A program made the translations under genes and the position numbers. Shown in pieces: positions 29,536 through 40,025 of a stretch of DNA of 64,000 nucleotides. Below the pieces are notes generated by a model that ran no database searches, was not told the origin of the DNA, and saw only the letters and a program-made list of their open reading frames with translations. Each line of letters starts with the position of its first letter. Positions within the stretch are counted from its first letter, which is position 1. The DNA is from an uncultured Gammaproteobacteria bacterium (lineage in GTDB: Bacteria; Patescibacteriota; Patescibacteriia; Magasanikbacterales; GWA2-37-8). The stretch is taken from positions 70,200 through 134,199 of the forward strand of contig CAZHYG010000001.1 in NCBI GenBank assembly GCA_964536615.1, written 5' to 3'.

Positions 29536-32166
29536 ATGATTCCTCAAAATTTTACTAATAAATCTCAGGAAATAATTCAAAATGCCGCCCGTATCGCCTA
29601 CGAAAACGGCCAAAGCCAGATAGAACCCCCTCACCTCTTTTTTGCCTTGCTTGAGGATACTGAAGGCGTGGTGGTATCGATACTCCACAAATTTAACGCA
29701 CCTATTATAAACTTCAAAGCCGGAGCGCAGTCCCTTATAGACAAATTACAAAAACAACCCGGCGCTATGCCTGCCGGCGGCACCGGACAAATTCTACTCA
29801 GCCAAGCTATGGTTTATATTTTTCAAACCGCCGTGGCTGAAGCCAAAAAAATGGGAGATGAATATATCAGCGTAGAGCATCTGTTCTTATCTTTTTTGGT
29901 TGGCGCAAATCCGGTCAGCGACATGCTGCGCGTTCACGGTATTACCTACGATGAAACATTAAAGGTTTTAGCCAGTATTCGCGGCACGCAAAAAGTAGAC
30001 AGCCCCGAACCTGAAAGCAAATATAACGCGCTGGAAAAATACGGAAAAAATTTAACAGATCTGGCGTCTAAAGAAAAACTTGATCCCGTCATTGGCCGCG
30101 ATGATGAAATTCGCCGCGTCATGCAAATTTTAAGCCGCCGCACCAAAAATAACCCAGTGCTTATCGGCGAACCAGGCACAGGTAAAACCGCTATCGCCGA
30201 AGGATTGGCGCAACGCATTGTAAACGGCGATGTGCCAGAGTCTTTAAAAAACAAAGAAGTTATCGCCCTTGATGTCGGATCGCTTTTGGCTGGCACAAAA
30301 TTTCGCGGTGAATTTGAAGACCGTTTAAAAGCCGTGCTCAAAGATATAGACCAGTCAGCCGGAAAAATTATTTTATTCATAGACGAACTGCATACAATCG
30401 TGGGAGCCGGATCCTCTGAAGGATCTATGGATGCTTCCAACATGCTTAAACCGGCTCTAGCTCGCGGCACGTTGCATACCATTGGCGCCACCACGCTTAA
30501 AGAATACCAAAAATACATAGAAAAAGACGCTGCCCTGGAACGCAGATTCCAACCAGTAATGGTCAACGAGCCGTCACGCGAAGATGCCATTGCCATTTTG
30601 CGCGGTATTAAAGAAAAATACGAAGTACATCATGGCGTGCGTATTACCGATGGCGCAATTTTATCTGCGGTTGATTTATCACAAAGATATATTACCGACC
30701 GCTTTTTGCCGGATAAAGCCATAGACCTTATTGACGAAGCAACCTCCGCATTGCGGCTGCAAATAGATTCTATGCCCGATGAGTTGGATAAAATGAAACG
30801 GGCCATGATGAAAATGGAAATAGAAAAACGCGCGCTTAAAAAAGAAAAAGAGCCCGAAGCTCAAGAACGATTAGAAAAAATAGAAAAAGAACTGGCCGAC
30901 CTCAAAGATAAAAGCACCGAACTTGAAGCTCGCTGGAAAAATGAAAAAGAGATTATCAGCAGCATTCATGCTCATAAAAAAGAAATTGAAGAGATTCGCC
31001 AAAAAGCGGAAATCGAAGAACGCCGCGGCGACTTGCAAAAAGTTGCGGAAATTCGATATGGAAAAATTCCAACTCTGGAAACTGAAATCCGACAAGCTGA
31101 ACAAAAACTTTCAGCGATTCAAAAAGCCAACGGCATTTTAAAAGAAGAAGTTACCGAACAAGATATTGCTCGCGTGGTAGCTCGCTGGACAGGCATTCCG
31201 GTGCACAAAATGCTGATGAGCGAAGCGGAAAAACTTGTTCATATGGAAGAAGAGCTGGCTAAACGAGTGGTAGGCCAAGAAGAGGCCGTAACCGCAGTTT
31301 CCAATGCCATTCGCCGATCGCGCGCCGGCATTGCCGAACCAAACCGCCCTATCGGCTCATTTATTTTCCTCGGCCCAACCGGAGTTGGCAAAACCGAACT
31401 TGCCAAAGCTCTGGCTGAATTTTTGTTTGATACCGAAAACGCGATGATTCGCGTAGATATGAGCGAATATATGGAAAAGCACGCTGTTTCAAAAATCATC
31501 GGCTCCCCTCCCGGCTATGTTGGCTACGAAGAGGGCGGCCAAATCACCGAAATCGTGCGCCGCAAGCCATACTCTGTTATTTTGTTTGACGAAATAGAAA
31601 AAGCGCATCCTGATGTATTTAATATTTTGCTGCAAATTTTAGATGATGGACATGTAACCGACGCCAAAGGCCGAAAAGTAAACTTTAAGAATACAGTTGT
31701 TATTATGACCAGCAACATCGGCAGCAGCGTCATATTGGATTGGAATAAAAAAGGCGAATTTGGCTTTAACGGAGACAAAGCCGCGCGCAATGAAAAAACC
31801 ATGCGAGAAAAAATCATGGAAGGGTTAAAAGACCACTTTAAACCGGAATTTTTAAACCGCATTGACGATGCGATTATTTTCCACGCTTTGAAAGAAAAAG
31901 ATATTTCCGAAATCGTAACCTTGCAGCTGGAAAAAGTAGTCAAACGCTTAGTGGAACAAAAAATTATTCTTGATATAGATGCGAGTTTGGGCGCGTATCT
32001 GGCAAAAAAAGGATATGACGAAAATTATGGCGCTCGCCCGCTCAAACGAGTCATTCAAACCGACTTGCTCGACCCGCTGGCTATGAGTTTGATTGAAAAG
32101 AAATTCAAAGCAGGAGACACTATACATATCGGCGTTAGTAAAAACAAAGTTATCATGGAAAAATAA
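29536..32166 (+). CDS. clpB: chaperone ClpB
   Basis: Two AAA+ modules ([16 protein letters not shown]), middle coiled coil, [13 protein letters not shown]. Confidence 0.97.
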   Translation: MIPQNFTNKSQEIIQNAARIAYENGQSQIEPPHLFFALLEDTEGVVVSILHKFNAPIINFKAGAQSLIDKLQKQPGAMPAGGTGQILLSQAMVYIFQTAVAEAKKMGDEYISVEHLFLSFLVGANPVSDMLRVHGITYDETLKVLASIRGTQKVDSPEPESKYNALEKYGKNLTDLASKEKLDPVIGRDDEIRRVMQILSRRTKNNPVLIGEPGTGKTAIAEGLAQRIVNGDVPESLKNKEVIALDVGSLLAGTKFRGEFEDRLKAVLKDIDQSAGKIILFIDELHTIVGAGSSEGSMDASNMLKPALARGTLHTIGATTLKEYQKYIEKDAALERRFQPVMVNEPSREDAIAILRGIKEKYEVHHGVRITDGAILSAVDLSQRYITDRFLPDKAIDLIDEATSALRLQIDSMPDELDKMKRAMMKMEIEKRALKKEKEPEAQERLEKIEKELADLKDKSTELEARWKNEKEIISSIHAHKKEIEEIRQKAEIEERRGDLQKVAEIRYGKIPTLETEIRQAEQKLSAIQKANGILKEEVTEQDIARVVARWTGIPVHKMLMSEAEKLVHMEEELAKRVVGQEEAVTAVSNAIRRSRAGIAEPNRPIGSFIFLGPTGVGKTELAKALAEFLFDTENAMIRVDMSEYMEKHAVSKIIGSPPGYVGYEEGGQITEIVRRKPYSVILFDEIEKAHPDVFNILLQILDDGHVTDAKGRKVNFKNTVVIMTSNIGSSVILDWNKKGEFGFNGDKAARNEKTMREKIMEGLKDHFKPEFLNRIDDAIIFHALKEKDISEIVTLQLEKVVKRLVEQKIILDIDASLGAYLAKKGYDENYGARPLKRVIQTDLLDPLAMSLIEKKFKAGDTIHIGVSKNKVIMEK

Positions 32167-32169
32167 CAC

Positions 32170-32202
32170 ATAATACCACCTGGACAAGGTGGTATTATTT
32201 TT
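32170..32202 (+). terminator. intrinsic terminator after clpB
   Basis: TAATACCACCT-GGACA-AGGTGGTATTA followed by TTTTT. Confidence 0.8.
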
Positions 32203-32262
32203 GGTTGAGAAAAGAGGCGTCTCATGGTATAATTTATCTTTAAGATATCTGCCCTATTATAT

Positions 32263-34458
32263 ATGCAAAAAATTCTTATTTTACTTATTTTAACGTCTTT
32301 TTTGTTATCAACCTCCCCTGCTGCAGCCGCAGTTGATTTTAACCCTGAATTCATTATTTCCGACGAAGAAATGCAAAGCACCGCCAACTGGACTACCGCC
32401 GATATACAAAAATTTTTAGAAAATCGGGGCAGCTATCTGGCAACTTTGCGGGCTGAAGATTTAAATGGCCAGATTAAACCGGCATCAGAGATCATTTTCC
32501 AGGCTGCGCAACAATATCAGATCAACCCAAAATATTTACTTGTTACCTTACAAAAAGAACAAAGCTTAATTACCGATGACACCCCAACCCAAAAACAGCT
32601 TGATTGGGCGACCGGATATGGTGTATGCGACAGCTGCAGCCTCAACGATCCAAACGTTATCAAATTTAAAGGGTTTGGCAAACAAGTAGATAACGCAGCC
32701 GGCATTATCCGCTGGTATTACAGCAACAGCGATCGATCATTTGTAAAGAAAAAAGACCAAACTACAGTCATTGATAATCAGCCAATCGTGCCTCAGAGCT
32801 GGGCCACAGCTTTTTTATATACATATACCCCGCACTTTCATGGGAATAAAAACTTTTGGCGCATTTGGAATACATGGTTTAGCCAAATTTATCCCAACGG
32901 CAGCTTGCTCAAATCCGAAGAAACTGGCGACATTTGGTTAATTCAAGAAAAAATAAAAAAGAAATTTAAAAACCAGGCCACGTTGCTGAGCCGCGCCGAT
33001 CCAAAAATGATCATTCAAGTGCCTGAGTCAGAGCTTAGCAATTATCAAACCGGGCCAGAAATTTCTTTTCCTAATTACTCTATCTTAAAAACCCCGAGCC
33101 AAATTTATTTGCTTGATTACGATTCTTTGCGTCCTTTCGCCTCTCTTGAGGTAGTGCAAAAATTAGGCTATAACCCTGAAGAATTTATTGATATAACTGA
33201 AGCGGATATTGCCGGATACACTCTGGGCAGCACTATTACCGATTCCACCACAGCGCCTCGCGGCATCATTTACCAGATCACAGATCTTAATAACAGCTAT
33301 TATTTATTTAAAGACGGCGCCTTAACGCCAATTACGGATAAAAATATCATCGCCATCAATTATAAAGATCTTCCTGTAGAAAAACACACTCTGAAAGAAA
33401 TTAAAAATTTAGATGTCGCAAATGTTCCTGCTGGTTTCAAAGATGGCACGCTCATGCGCCTGGCCGACAGCAATAATGTCTACGTAATAGAACATAATAA
33501 GAAACGACTAATTGCGGATACTGAAACATTTGCAACATTAGGGTATAAACGAGAAAACGTGATTACCGTAAACCAAATTACTTTAAACAATATTTTGACT
33601 GGCGAACCGCTGTTTATCAACGGCAGCCTTATTTCTTCTCGCAATAAATATCTTGGTGACAGCGAAATACAAGTTGACGATCTATTTGGCAGCGCTTTGC
33701 CCGCATATTTGGTGGCAGAGTACCCAACTGGCCGCATTATCTCCGGTAAAAACATAGACAAATCCCGACCTTCAGCCACACTTACCAAATTACTGGTTGC
33801 GTTTGAGGCGCTAAACCAAGATTTTAATCTCACCAAATCTTCTGCCTACAATAATACTAAACAAAAATCTACTGGCAGAACTCTAACGCTCAAAAATGGC
33901 GCGGTTATCAAAAATACCGATCTATTATCTGCCATGCTTGTCGGCTCAACCAACAACACAGCGCGCATGATCGCGCAAAATAGCGGCGGGTCAGAAACCG
34001 AATTTGTAGAAAAAATAAAAAATAGACTGGAAAACTGGGGAGCTGATGACACGTCGGTAGTTGACGTAACCGGTTTAAACGCAAAAAATAAATCGACACC
34101 TCGAAACATGTTAAAAATTGCCACGAAAATTCTTGAAAATAAAACTATCAGAGATGCTTTGGCAAAAAACTCCTTTACTTTTAAAGAATTGTCCAGTACA
34201 GTGGGAGCGCGCAAACATACAGTTACGGCTTTTAACGTGCCGTCAGCTATCAGCAAAAATTATAAAATTTTGGCTAGTAAAACAGGTTCAACTGAAGAAG
34301 CCGGAGTGGTTACTTTCCTGCTCATTGAAGCGACTAAAACCAAAAAACAATATATTGTTATCTCTATGGGCGGAACGGATCTAAAAAATAAGGAGGTAAA
34401 TAAAATTGCTAAATGGATTGCTGAAGGAAACGTAAAAATTGCCAATACCACTAAATAA
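32263..34458 (+). CDS. secreted multidomain protein: lysozyme-like N-terminal domain, repeats, and C-terminal peptidase S11 (D,D-carboxypeptidase-like) domain
   Basis: Signal peptide; INPKYLLVTLQKEQ and LYTYTPH; C-terminal ATLTKLL, STN and KTG motifs. Confidence 0.75.
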   Translation: MQKILILLILTSFLLSTSPAAAAVDFNPEFIISDEEMQSTANWTTADIQKFLENRGSYLATLRAEDLNGQIKPASEIIFQAAQQYQINPKYLLVTLQKEQSLITDDTPTQKQLDWATGYGVCDSCSLNDPNVIKFKGFGKQVDNAAGIIRWYYSNSDRSFVKKKDQTTVIDNQPIVPQSWATAFLYTYTPHFHGNKNFWRIWNTWFSQIYPNGSLLKSEETGDIWLIQEKIKKKFKNQATLLSRADPKMIIQVPESELSNYQTGPEISFPNYSILKTPSQIYLLDYDSLRPFASLEVVQKLGYNPEEFIDITEADIAGYTLGSTITDSTTAPRGIIYQITDLNNSYYLFKDGALTPITDKNIIAINYKDLPVEKHTLKEIKNLDVANVPAGFKDGTLMRLADSNNVYVIEHNKKRLIADTETFATLGYKRENVITVNQITLNNILTGEPLFINGSLISSRNKYLGDSEIQVDDLFGSALPAYLVAEYPTGRIISGKNIDKSRPSATLTKLLVAFEALNQDFNLTKSSAYNNTKQKSTGRTLTLKNGAVIKNTDLLSAMLVGSTNNTARMIAQNSGGSETEFVEKIKNRLENWGADDTSVVDVTGLNAKNKSTPRNMLKIATKILENKTIRDALAKNSFTFKELSSTVGARKHTVTAFNVPSAISKNYKILASKTGSTEEAGVVTFLLIEATKTKKQYIVISMGGTDLKNKEVNKIAKWIAEGNVKIANTTK

Positions 34459-34463
34459 TATAT

Positions 34464-35255
34464 ATGTCACTCGTCTTTGCAGCCATTACCCCTCACCCGC
34501 CAATCATTATTCCGACCATTGGACAGGCAGCCATTAAAAAAATGGAAAAAACAAAGCTGGCAATGGAACAGCTGGAAAAAGATCTGTATATCACCCATCC
34601 AGATATTATAATCGTAATTTCTGCTCACGGAGGTTTTTTTAAAGACGCTTTTACCATCCATTCTCACACGGAATATCAAACCGACCTGAAAATGTTTGGC
34701 GATCTTGCCACTAAAACAAAATTTAACGGAGAAAACTTTTTGAGCGCGCGCATACGGGAAACGCTCAAACAAGAACATATCCCCGCGGCTATGGTAAGCG
34801 AACCAAACCTGGATCATGGCTCTTCTATCCCCCTTATCTATCTAACGCCTCACTTAAAAAAAATATCAGTATTACCAATAGGTTTTTGCGATCTTGATTG
34901 GAAAACACATGTGCATTTTGGATCCATATTAAAAGAAAAAATTCTTGAAACAAACAAACGAGTAGCAGTTATCGCTTCCGGCGATCTGTCCCACGCCTTG
35001 GTTACAGACGCGCCTGCCGGCTACCACCCTGCCGGAGCGGAGTTTGATAAAAAAATACAAGAACTTCTTTCAACCAATAATTTATCCGGCATGCTGCAGC
35101 TTGACGCTGAAATGGTAGCCAATGCGGCGGAATGTGGTTTTAAAACATTTTTAATTCTCATGAGCATTTTACAGGGATTTCACAACACCTACCGATCCTA
35201 CGCATACGAGGCCCCATTTGGCGTGGGGCATCTCACCGCCAACTTCCTTCTTTAA
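34464..35255 (+). CDS. MEMO1/LigB-family protein (AmmeMemoRadiSam protein B-like)
   Basis: PHPP, SAH, LDHG, ASGDLSH, ECG, YEAPFGVG. Confidence 0.85.
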   Translation: MSLVFAAITPHPPIIIPTIGQAAIKKMEKTKLAMEQLEKDLYITHPDIIIVISAHGGFFKDAFTIHSHTEYQTDLKMFGDLATKTKFNGENFLSARIRETLKQEHIPAAMVSEPNLDHGSSIPLIYLTPHLKKISVLPIGFCDLDWKTHVHFGSILKEKILETNKRVAVIASGDLSHALVTDAPAGYHPAGAEFDKKIQELLSTNNLSGMLQLDAEMVANAAECGFKTFLILMSILQGFHNTYRSYAYEAPFGVGHLTANFLL

Positions 35256-35276
35256 TTCAGCCATGATCGTGGGTAT

Positions 35277-37160
35277 ATGATTGCCAAAGTTATTCCCGCC
35301 AAACGAATTCCAATCTCATTGCCGGTACTTGACTATACCGTGCCGGACCATCTTAAAGACACAATCGCCGCAGGACAATTAGTGCGCGTACCATTTAGGC
35401 AGAGCGAAGAATTTGGCGTTGTGCAGGCGGTGCTTGAGCAAAATAACGAGATTGATCAAAAAAAATTAAAGCCTGTTTCAGAGATAGTTTTTAACCAGCC
35501 TGTCTTAACCAAAGCCCAGCTTGATTTTATATTTGAAATTTCTGAATTCTATCATGTTTCAGCTGGTTTTCTTTTAAAAACAAATTTACCGCCGTTGCAA
35601 AAAAGAAAGCTTAAAAATACTTCTCCCACAACTTTGTCTTCCAAACAATTATCCCCGACTCCGCATAAGCCTATCCTGTCTCTGTATCGCACCGCTGAAG
35701 AAAAACAGCGCATCTTGCAACCTCTGATACAAACCGCACCTGCTCAAACGCTTATTTTAATTCCAGAAATTACTGACGCACAAAAAATAACAGGCTTGCT
35801 GGCCCCCGAAATGAGCCAGCGCAGCATTGTGGTAAACAGCGAACTAACGCCAAAAGAATTATTTGCGGCCTGGATGCAAATTTGGCACGGTGAAAAAAAT
35901 ATTATTATCGGCACACGAGCTGCGCTGTTTTTGCCATGGCATAATTTGCAGCAGATTATACTCGATGATGAAGGAAATCCGAATTATAAAAGCTGGGATA
36001 TGGCTCCGCGGTTTCACACCAGAGATGCGGCGGTGTTTTTATCAAAACACCACGGCGCGCCAATACATTTGCTTGCGCATACTCCATCCGTTGAAACCAT
36101 GTTTTTCTCGGAGAAAAATGTATATGCAAATACCGGCGTATCCATAGAGCCAATTCGCAAACCAACTCAAATTGTAGACATGCGCGCCCAGCGCCGTTTA
36201 AAAAATTTCAGCCTGTTAAGCCATGACGCATTGGAAGAATTTAACTCTCACCCAACCGGCGATATATTTTTCTTTATCAATCGACGCGGCACCGTAGGCT
36301 ATGTAGGCTGCCAAGATTGCGGCACAGTACTGCAATGCCCGCACTGCAACATCTCTCTCACCTATCACCAAAAAAACAACACGCTCAATTGCCATTATTG
36401 CGGATGGAGCGAGCCGATGCTTTCGCAATGCAAAAAATGCGCCGGCACTAACGTCAACATGTATGGCGCGGGCACTCAATTGGCGGAAGATCTGGTGAAA
36501 AAAATCGTAAGCGCCACAGACACACGCGCCATTGTACGCATTGACAGCGACCAAGACGCGCGAGATAAACTAAACGCACCTGGAGAAAAAATTATTATCG
36601 GCACTCAAATGGCCTGGCCTCATCTGGCCTGGGAACGCATTTCGCTTTGTATATTTTTAGACGCGGATTCATCTTTATTTATTCCCGAATATAAAATTGC
36701 CGAACAAGTCTGGCAGCAATTACGCGACGCTCAATTTAACCTATCTTCAAACTCCAGCCTTGTTATCCAAACCGATCATCCGGAACATACCCTGTTTGCC
36801 CATTTATTTGACCCGCAAACTTTTTACGCGCAACAAATCGCTGAACGAAGAGCTTTAGGATACCCGCCTTTTAAATTTCTTCTAAAATTATACTATGGCT
36901 CCCCTGATCGCAACACTGTTACTGCCGAAACAGAGCGGGTTAAACAGCATCTTGACGATTTGACCAAAACCTACCCTGATATTACAATACGAGGGCCTTG
37001 GGAGGCGCTTCCTGCCTATCAGAATGGACAATATTGGAACATTCTCTTGGTAAAAATGAACTACGAAAACTACAAAAAAACTACCAAAGCTATCACGGCA
37101 CAACTGCCCGATGCGTGGAAAATAGACCCAAACCCAAATTCAATTTTATCTTTTTCTTAA
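35277..37160 (+). CDS. priA: primosomal protein N' (PriA) with degenerate helicase motifs
   Basis: LIPEI, IGTRAALFLP, four CxxC pairs, YPPF; priA-def-fmt synteny. Confidence 0.9.
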   Translation: MIAKVIPAKRIPISLPVLDYTVPDHLKDTIAAGQLVRVPFRQSEEFGVVQAVLEQNNEIDQKKLKPVSEIVFNQPVLTKAQLDFIFEISEFYHVSAGFLLKTNLPPLQKRKLKNTSPTTLSSKQLSPTPHKPILSLYRTAEEKQRILQPLIQTAPAQTLILIPEITDAQKITGLLAPEMSQRSIVVNSELTPKELFAAWMQIWHGEKNIIIGTRAALFLPWHNLQQIILDDEGNPNYKSWDMAPRFHTRDAAVFLSKHHGAPIHLLAHTPSVETMFFSEKNVYANTGVSIEPIRKPTQIVDMRAQRRLKNFSLLSHDALEEFNSHPTGDIFFFINRRGTVGYVGCQDCGTVLQCPHCNISLTYHQKNNTLNCHYCGWSEPMLSQCKKCAGTNVNMYGAGTQLAEDLVKKIVSATDTRAIVRIDSDQDARDKLNAPGEKIIIGTQMAWPHLAWERISLCIFLDADSSLFIPEYKIAEQVWQQLRDAQFNLSSNSSLVIQTDHPEHTLFAHLFDPQTFYAQQIAERRALGYPPFKFLLKLYYGSPDRNTVTAETERVKQHLDDLTKTYPDITIRGPWEALPAYQNGQYWNILLVKMNYENYKKTTKAITAQLPDAWKIDPNPNSILSFS

Positions 37161-37170
37161 TCACCAACGT

Positions 37171-37665
37171 ATGATCTTACCAGTCCCTCCCGAATCCGAA
37201 AACCCATTGCTTCACAAAGTTTCTCGCGATTTAACTTTGGAAGAAATAAAATCTCCCGAAATCAAAACATTTACAAAGGATTTGATTGAAACCATGTATT
37301 ACAAAAATGGCGTTGGAATCGCGTCTGTACAGGTAGCAAACCCGATTGCGCTCTGCATTATTGCTAAAGATTTTACACCGGATAAAAAGAAAGATCTGGT
37401 GCTTATCAATCCAAAATTTGAAAAAATTGGACTATTGCGCGAATGGGACGAGGAAGGCTGTTTGTCTGTGCCGCTCATTTATGGAAAAGTTCGCCGCTAT
37501 AAAAAAATAAAAGTTACCGCGCTTAGCAGCACTGGTGAAAACTTAGAATTTATCGCTACCAATTTTTTTGCTCGTATTTGCCAGCATGAAATAGACCATC
37601 TCAACGGCGTACTCTTTATTGATAAAGCAAAAAATCTCAGAACTTTGGAAAAAGAAAGCCTCTAA
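37171..37665 (+). CDS. def: peptide deformylase
   Basis: GVGIASVQ, EGCLS, QHEIDHLNG. Confidence 0.97.
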   Translation: MILPVPPESENPLLHKVSRDLTLEEIKSPEIKTFTKDLIETMYYKNGVGIASVQVANPIALCIIAKDFTPDKKKDLVLINPKFEKIGLLREWDEEGCLSVPLIYGKVRRYKKIKVTALSSTGENLEFIATNFFARICQHEIDHLNGVLFIDKAKNLRTLEKESL

Positions 37666-37672
37666 CATTTGT

Positions 37673-38587
37673 ATGAAAACAAACATTGCTTTTTTTGGCA
37701 CGCACGAATTTGCGGCCACTATTTTAGAAGGCCTATTTTCTGACCCTTCAATTTCAGTTACAACTGTCTTCACTCAGCCCGACAGAAAAGTCGGACGCAA
37801 ACAAATCGTTGAGGAATCACCGGTGAAAAAATTGGCTTTGCGGCATGGCGCTCATATCGAGCAACCTGAATCGCTCAAACAGTACAACATCAAACCTGGC
37901 GAATACACTATGGCTGTGGTAGCTCAATACGGACTTATTATTCCACAGCATATTCTTGATGCGTTTCCAAAAGGAATGATAAACGTGCACGGCTCTCTCT
38001 TGCCGGCATATCGCGGCGCTTCCCCTATTCAGGCTGCGCTTATGGCAGGTAAAAAAACAACCGGTGTTACCATCATGATTATGGACGCGCAAGTAGATCA
38101 CGGCCCTATTTTGGCGCAAACAAGCGTGGAAGTTGATCCAAATGACACATTTACCACCTTGGCTCAAACCATGGCTGCGGCTGGGTCAAAAACACTGTTA
38201 GACACTTTGCAAAAATATTTAGCTGGCGAGATAACCCCTCAAGAACAAGATCACGCCAAAGCAACCTTTACCAAATTATTCAGCAAAGATGATGGTAACA
38301 TAGATTTCACAAAATCCGCTGAAACGATTTACGACTTGTACCGCGGCCTCACGCCATGGCCAGGCATTTGGTGTACATGGAACGAAAAACGATTAAAACT
38401 TTTACAAATCCGTCCATCCGAAAAAAACTTGCCAGCCGGCGAAGCGTGCATAGAAAATAAGCGCATATATATCGGTTGCGGACAAAACTCTATTGAGGTC
38501 TTAGAGCTGCAGTTGGAAGGAAAAAATGCCATGACTGCGGAAGTGTTTGCTAATGGCTATAAACATTTTAACGGGGCAACGCTATAA
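37673..38587 (+). CDS. fmt: methionyl-tRNA formyltransferase
   Basis: FFGTHEFA, TQPDR, NVHGSLLPAYRGASPI, PWPG. Confidence 0.97.
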   Translation: MKTNIAFFGTHEFAATILEGLFSDPSISVTTVFTQPDRKVGRKQIVEESPVKKLALRHGAHIEQPESLKQYNIKPGEYTMAVVAQYGLIIPQHILDAFPKGMINVHGSLLPAYRGASPIQAALMAGKKTTGVTIMIMDAQVDHGPILAQTSVEVDPNDTFTTLAQTMAAAGSKTLLDTLQKYLAGEITPQEQDHAKATFTKLFSKDDGNIDFTKSAETIYDLYRGLTPWPGIWCTWNEKRLKLLQIRPSEKNLPAGEACIENKRIYIGCGQNSIEVLELQLEGKNAMTAEVFANGYKHFNGATL

Positions 38588-38612
38588 AACTTTTGCATCT
38601 TATATCAGGTGT

Positions 38613-40025
38613 ATGTTTCTCAAAAAACAAATTATTGGCGGACTAATGATATATACAGTCATTCGGGTTTTTTCATATTTTTTTAGCCCCTCCACCCCGC
38701 TTTACGCCGCCAACCCCATAAACTGGATTATTTCGGCCGGCATTCTGGCAACAGCAGTATATTTTCTGCTTAAAAAAGATATTCGCGGCTGGTATATTAT
38801 TGCTGCTGAAATGATCTTGGGAGGCGCGGGGAATTTTTTAGAAATAAAAAATATTTCTTTGCGAACATTGTTGATGTTTTTTTCTCTTGGTATTTTCTTG
38901 TATCACGCTATAAAACAAAAACAATACAAACAATTATTTGCCGCGCATAAAAAAAATATTTATATACTGTTTTTCTTGCTGCTTACTGTGAGCGTTTCGG
39001 CGGTTCGCGGTTTTTATACTCATCATGCTCCTTCTCTTATTTTTGCCGACACTATCCCTTATCTTTTCTTTTTTTACTACTTCCCTCTCTCTCAACTTTT
39101 ACAATCCGAAGCATTTAAACGTACCACGCTATACATGATTTTTTCCGCTATTATTGGCAATGCATTATTTATCTACACAACGCTTATCGGCTTTTCTGCC
39201 AAGCTGTTTGTGCTGCAAGATAATTACTATCATTGGTTTCGCGATGTAGCCAGCGGCAAAATTACTGAATATGGTTTTAATTTTTATCGCATTGTTTTAA
39301 ACGAACACCTGTTGCTTATCCCGCTGCTTGTTTTTCTAATCAGTAAAATTATTGTTAACAAAAAAAATAACGAACAAATAATTGCTTTAGCCGCCACAGG
39401 TTCGTTGCTTGCAACTTTAGCAGTCAACCTGACACGCATTTATATTCTTGCTTTTGGCGTTGGATTATTGTTTTTATTTTCCAAAACAAATTGGAAACGC
39501 TGGCTCGCCATTTCCACAGCATCTGTGTTTACGTTTATACTCATTTTTACAGCCACACATTTGGCAGCCAGCCGAGGCAAAAATCTGGGCTGGGAATTTT
39601 TTGGCCTGCGCCTGCAAAGCATTGCCGCTCCGCAAACCGAAGAAAGCTCTTTAAGCCGCATGCTGCTGCTGCCAAAAATTGTTGATAAAATAAAAAATCA
39701 CCCTGTGCTGGGTAATGGTTTGGGAGATACAGTTACTGTGTATAGCCCTGTATTTAAGCAGAATATTATCACTCCCCATTTTGACTGGGGATACCTGGAA
39801 ATTTGGGCAGAAATGGGGTTGTTTGGCCTGCTTGCGTGGTTTATCTTAACTGGGCTTATCATGCGTCAAATATGGCCAAATTTAGCCTTTGGCGCACCTT
39901 TGGCAACCTTACTGGTTATCAACCTCACCTCTCCAGCCTTGTTCCATGTTATGGGCGTTTTACTCATTGCTATTTTACTTGCCAACAAACCTAGTTCAGA
40001 TCACCCATTAAACCCAGTTTATTAA
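38613..40025 (+). CDS. O-antigen ligase family membrane protein
   Basis: Many TM helices; LTRIY, HPVLGNGLG, YLEIWAEMGLFG. Confidence 0.8.
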   Translation: MFLKKQIIGGLMIYTVIRVFSYFFSPSTPLYAANPINWIISAGILATAVYFLLKKDIRGWYIIAAEMILGGAGNFLEIKNISLRTLLMFFSLGIFLYHAIKQKQYKQLFAAHKKNIYILFFLLLTVSVSAVRGFYTHHAPSLIFADTIPYLFFFYYFPLSQLLQSEAFKRTTLYMIFSAIIGNALFIYTTLIGFSAKLFVLQDNYYHWFRDVASGKITEYGFNFYRIVLNEHLLLIPLLVFLISKIIVNKKNNEQIIALAATGSLLATLAVNLTRIYILAFGVGLLFLFSKTNWKRWLAISTASVFTFILIFTATHLAASRGKNLGWEFFGLRLQSIAAPQTEESSLSRMLLLPKIVDKIKNHPVLGNGLGDTVTVYSPVFKQNIITPHFDWGYLEIWAEMGLFGLLAWFILTGLIMRQIWPNLAFGAPLATLLVINLTSPALFHVMGVLLIAILLANKPSSDHPLNPVY

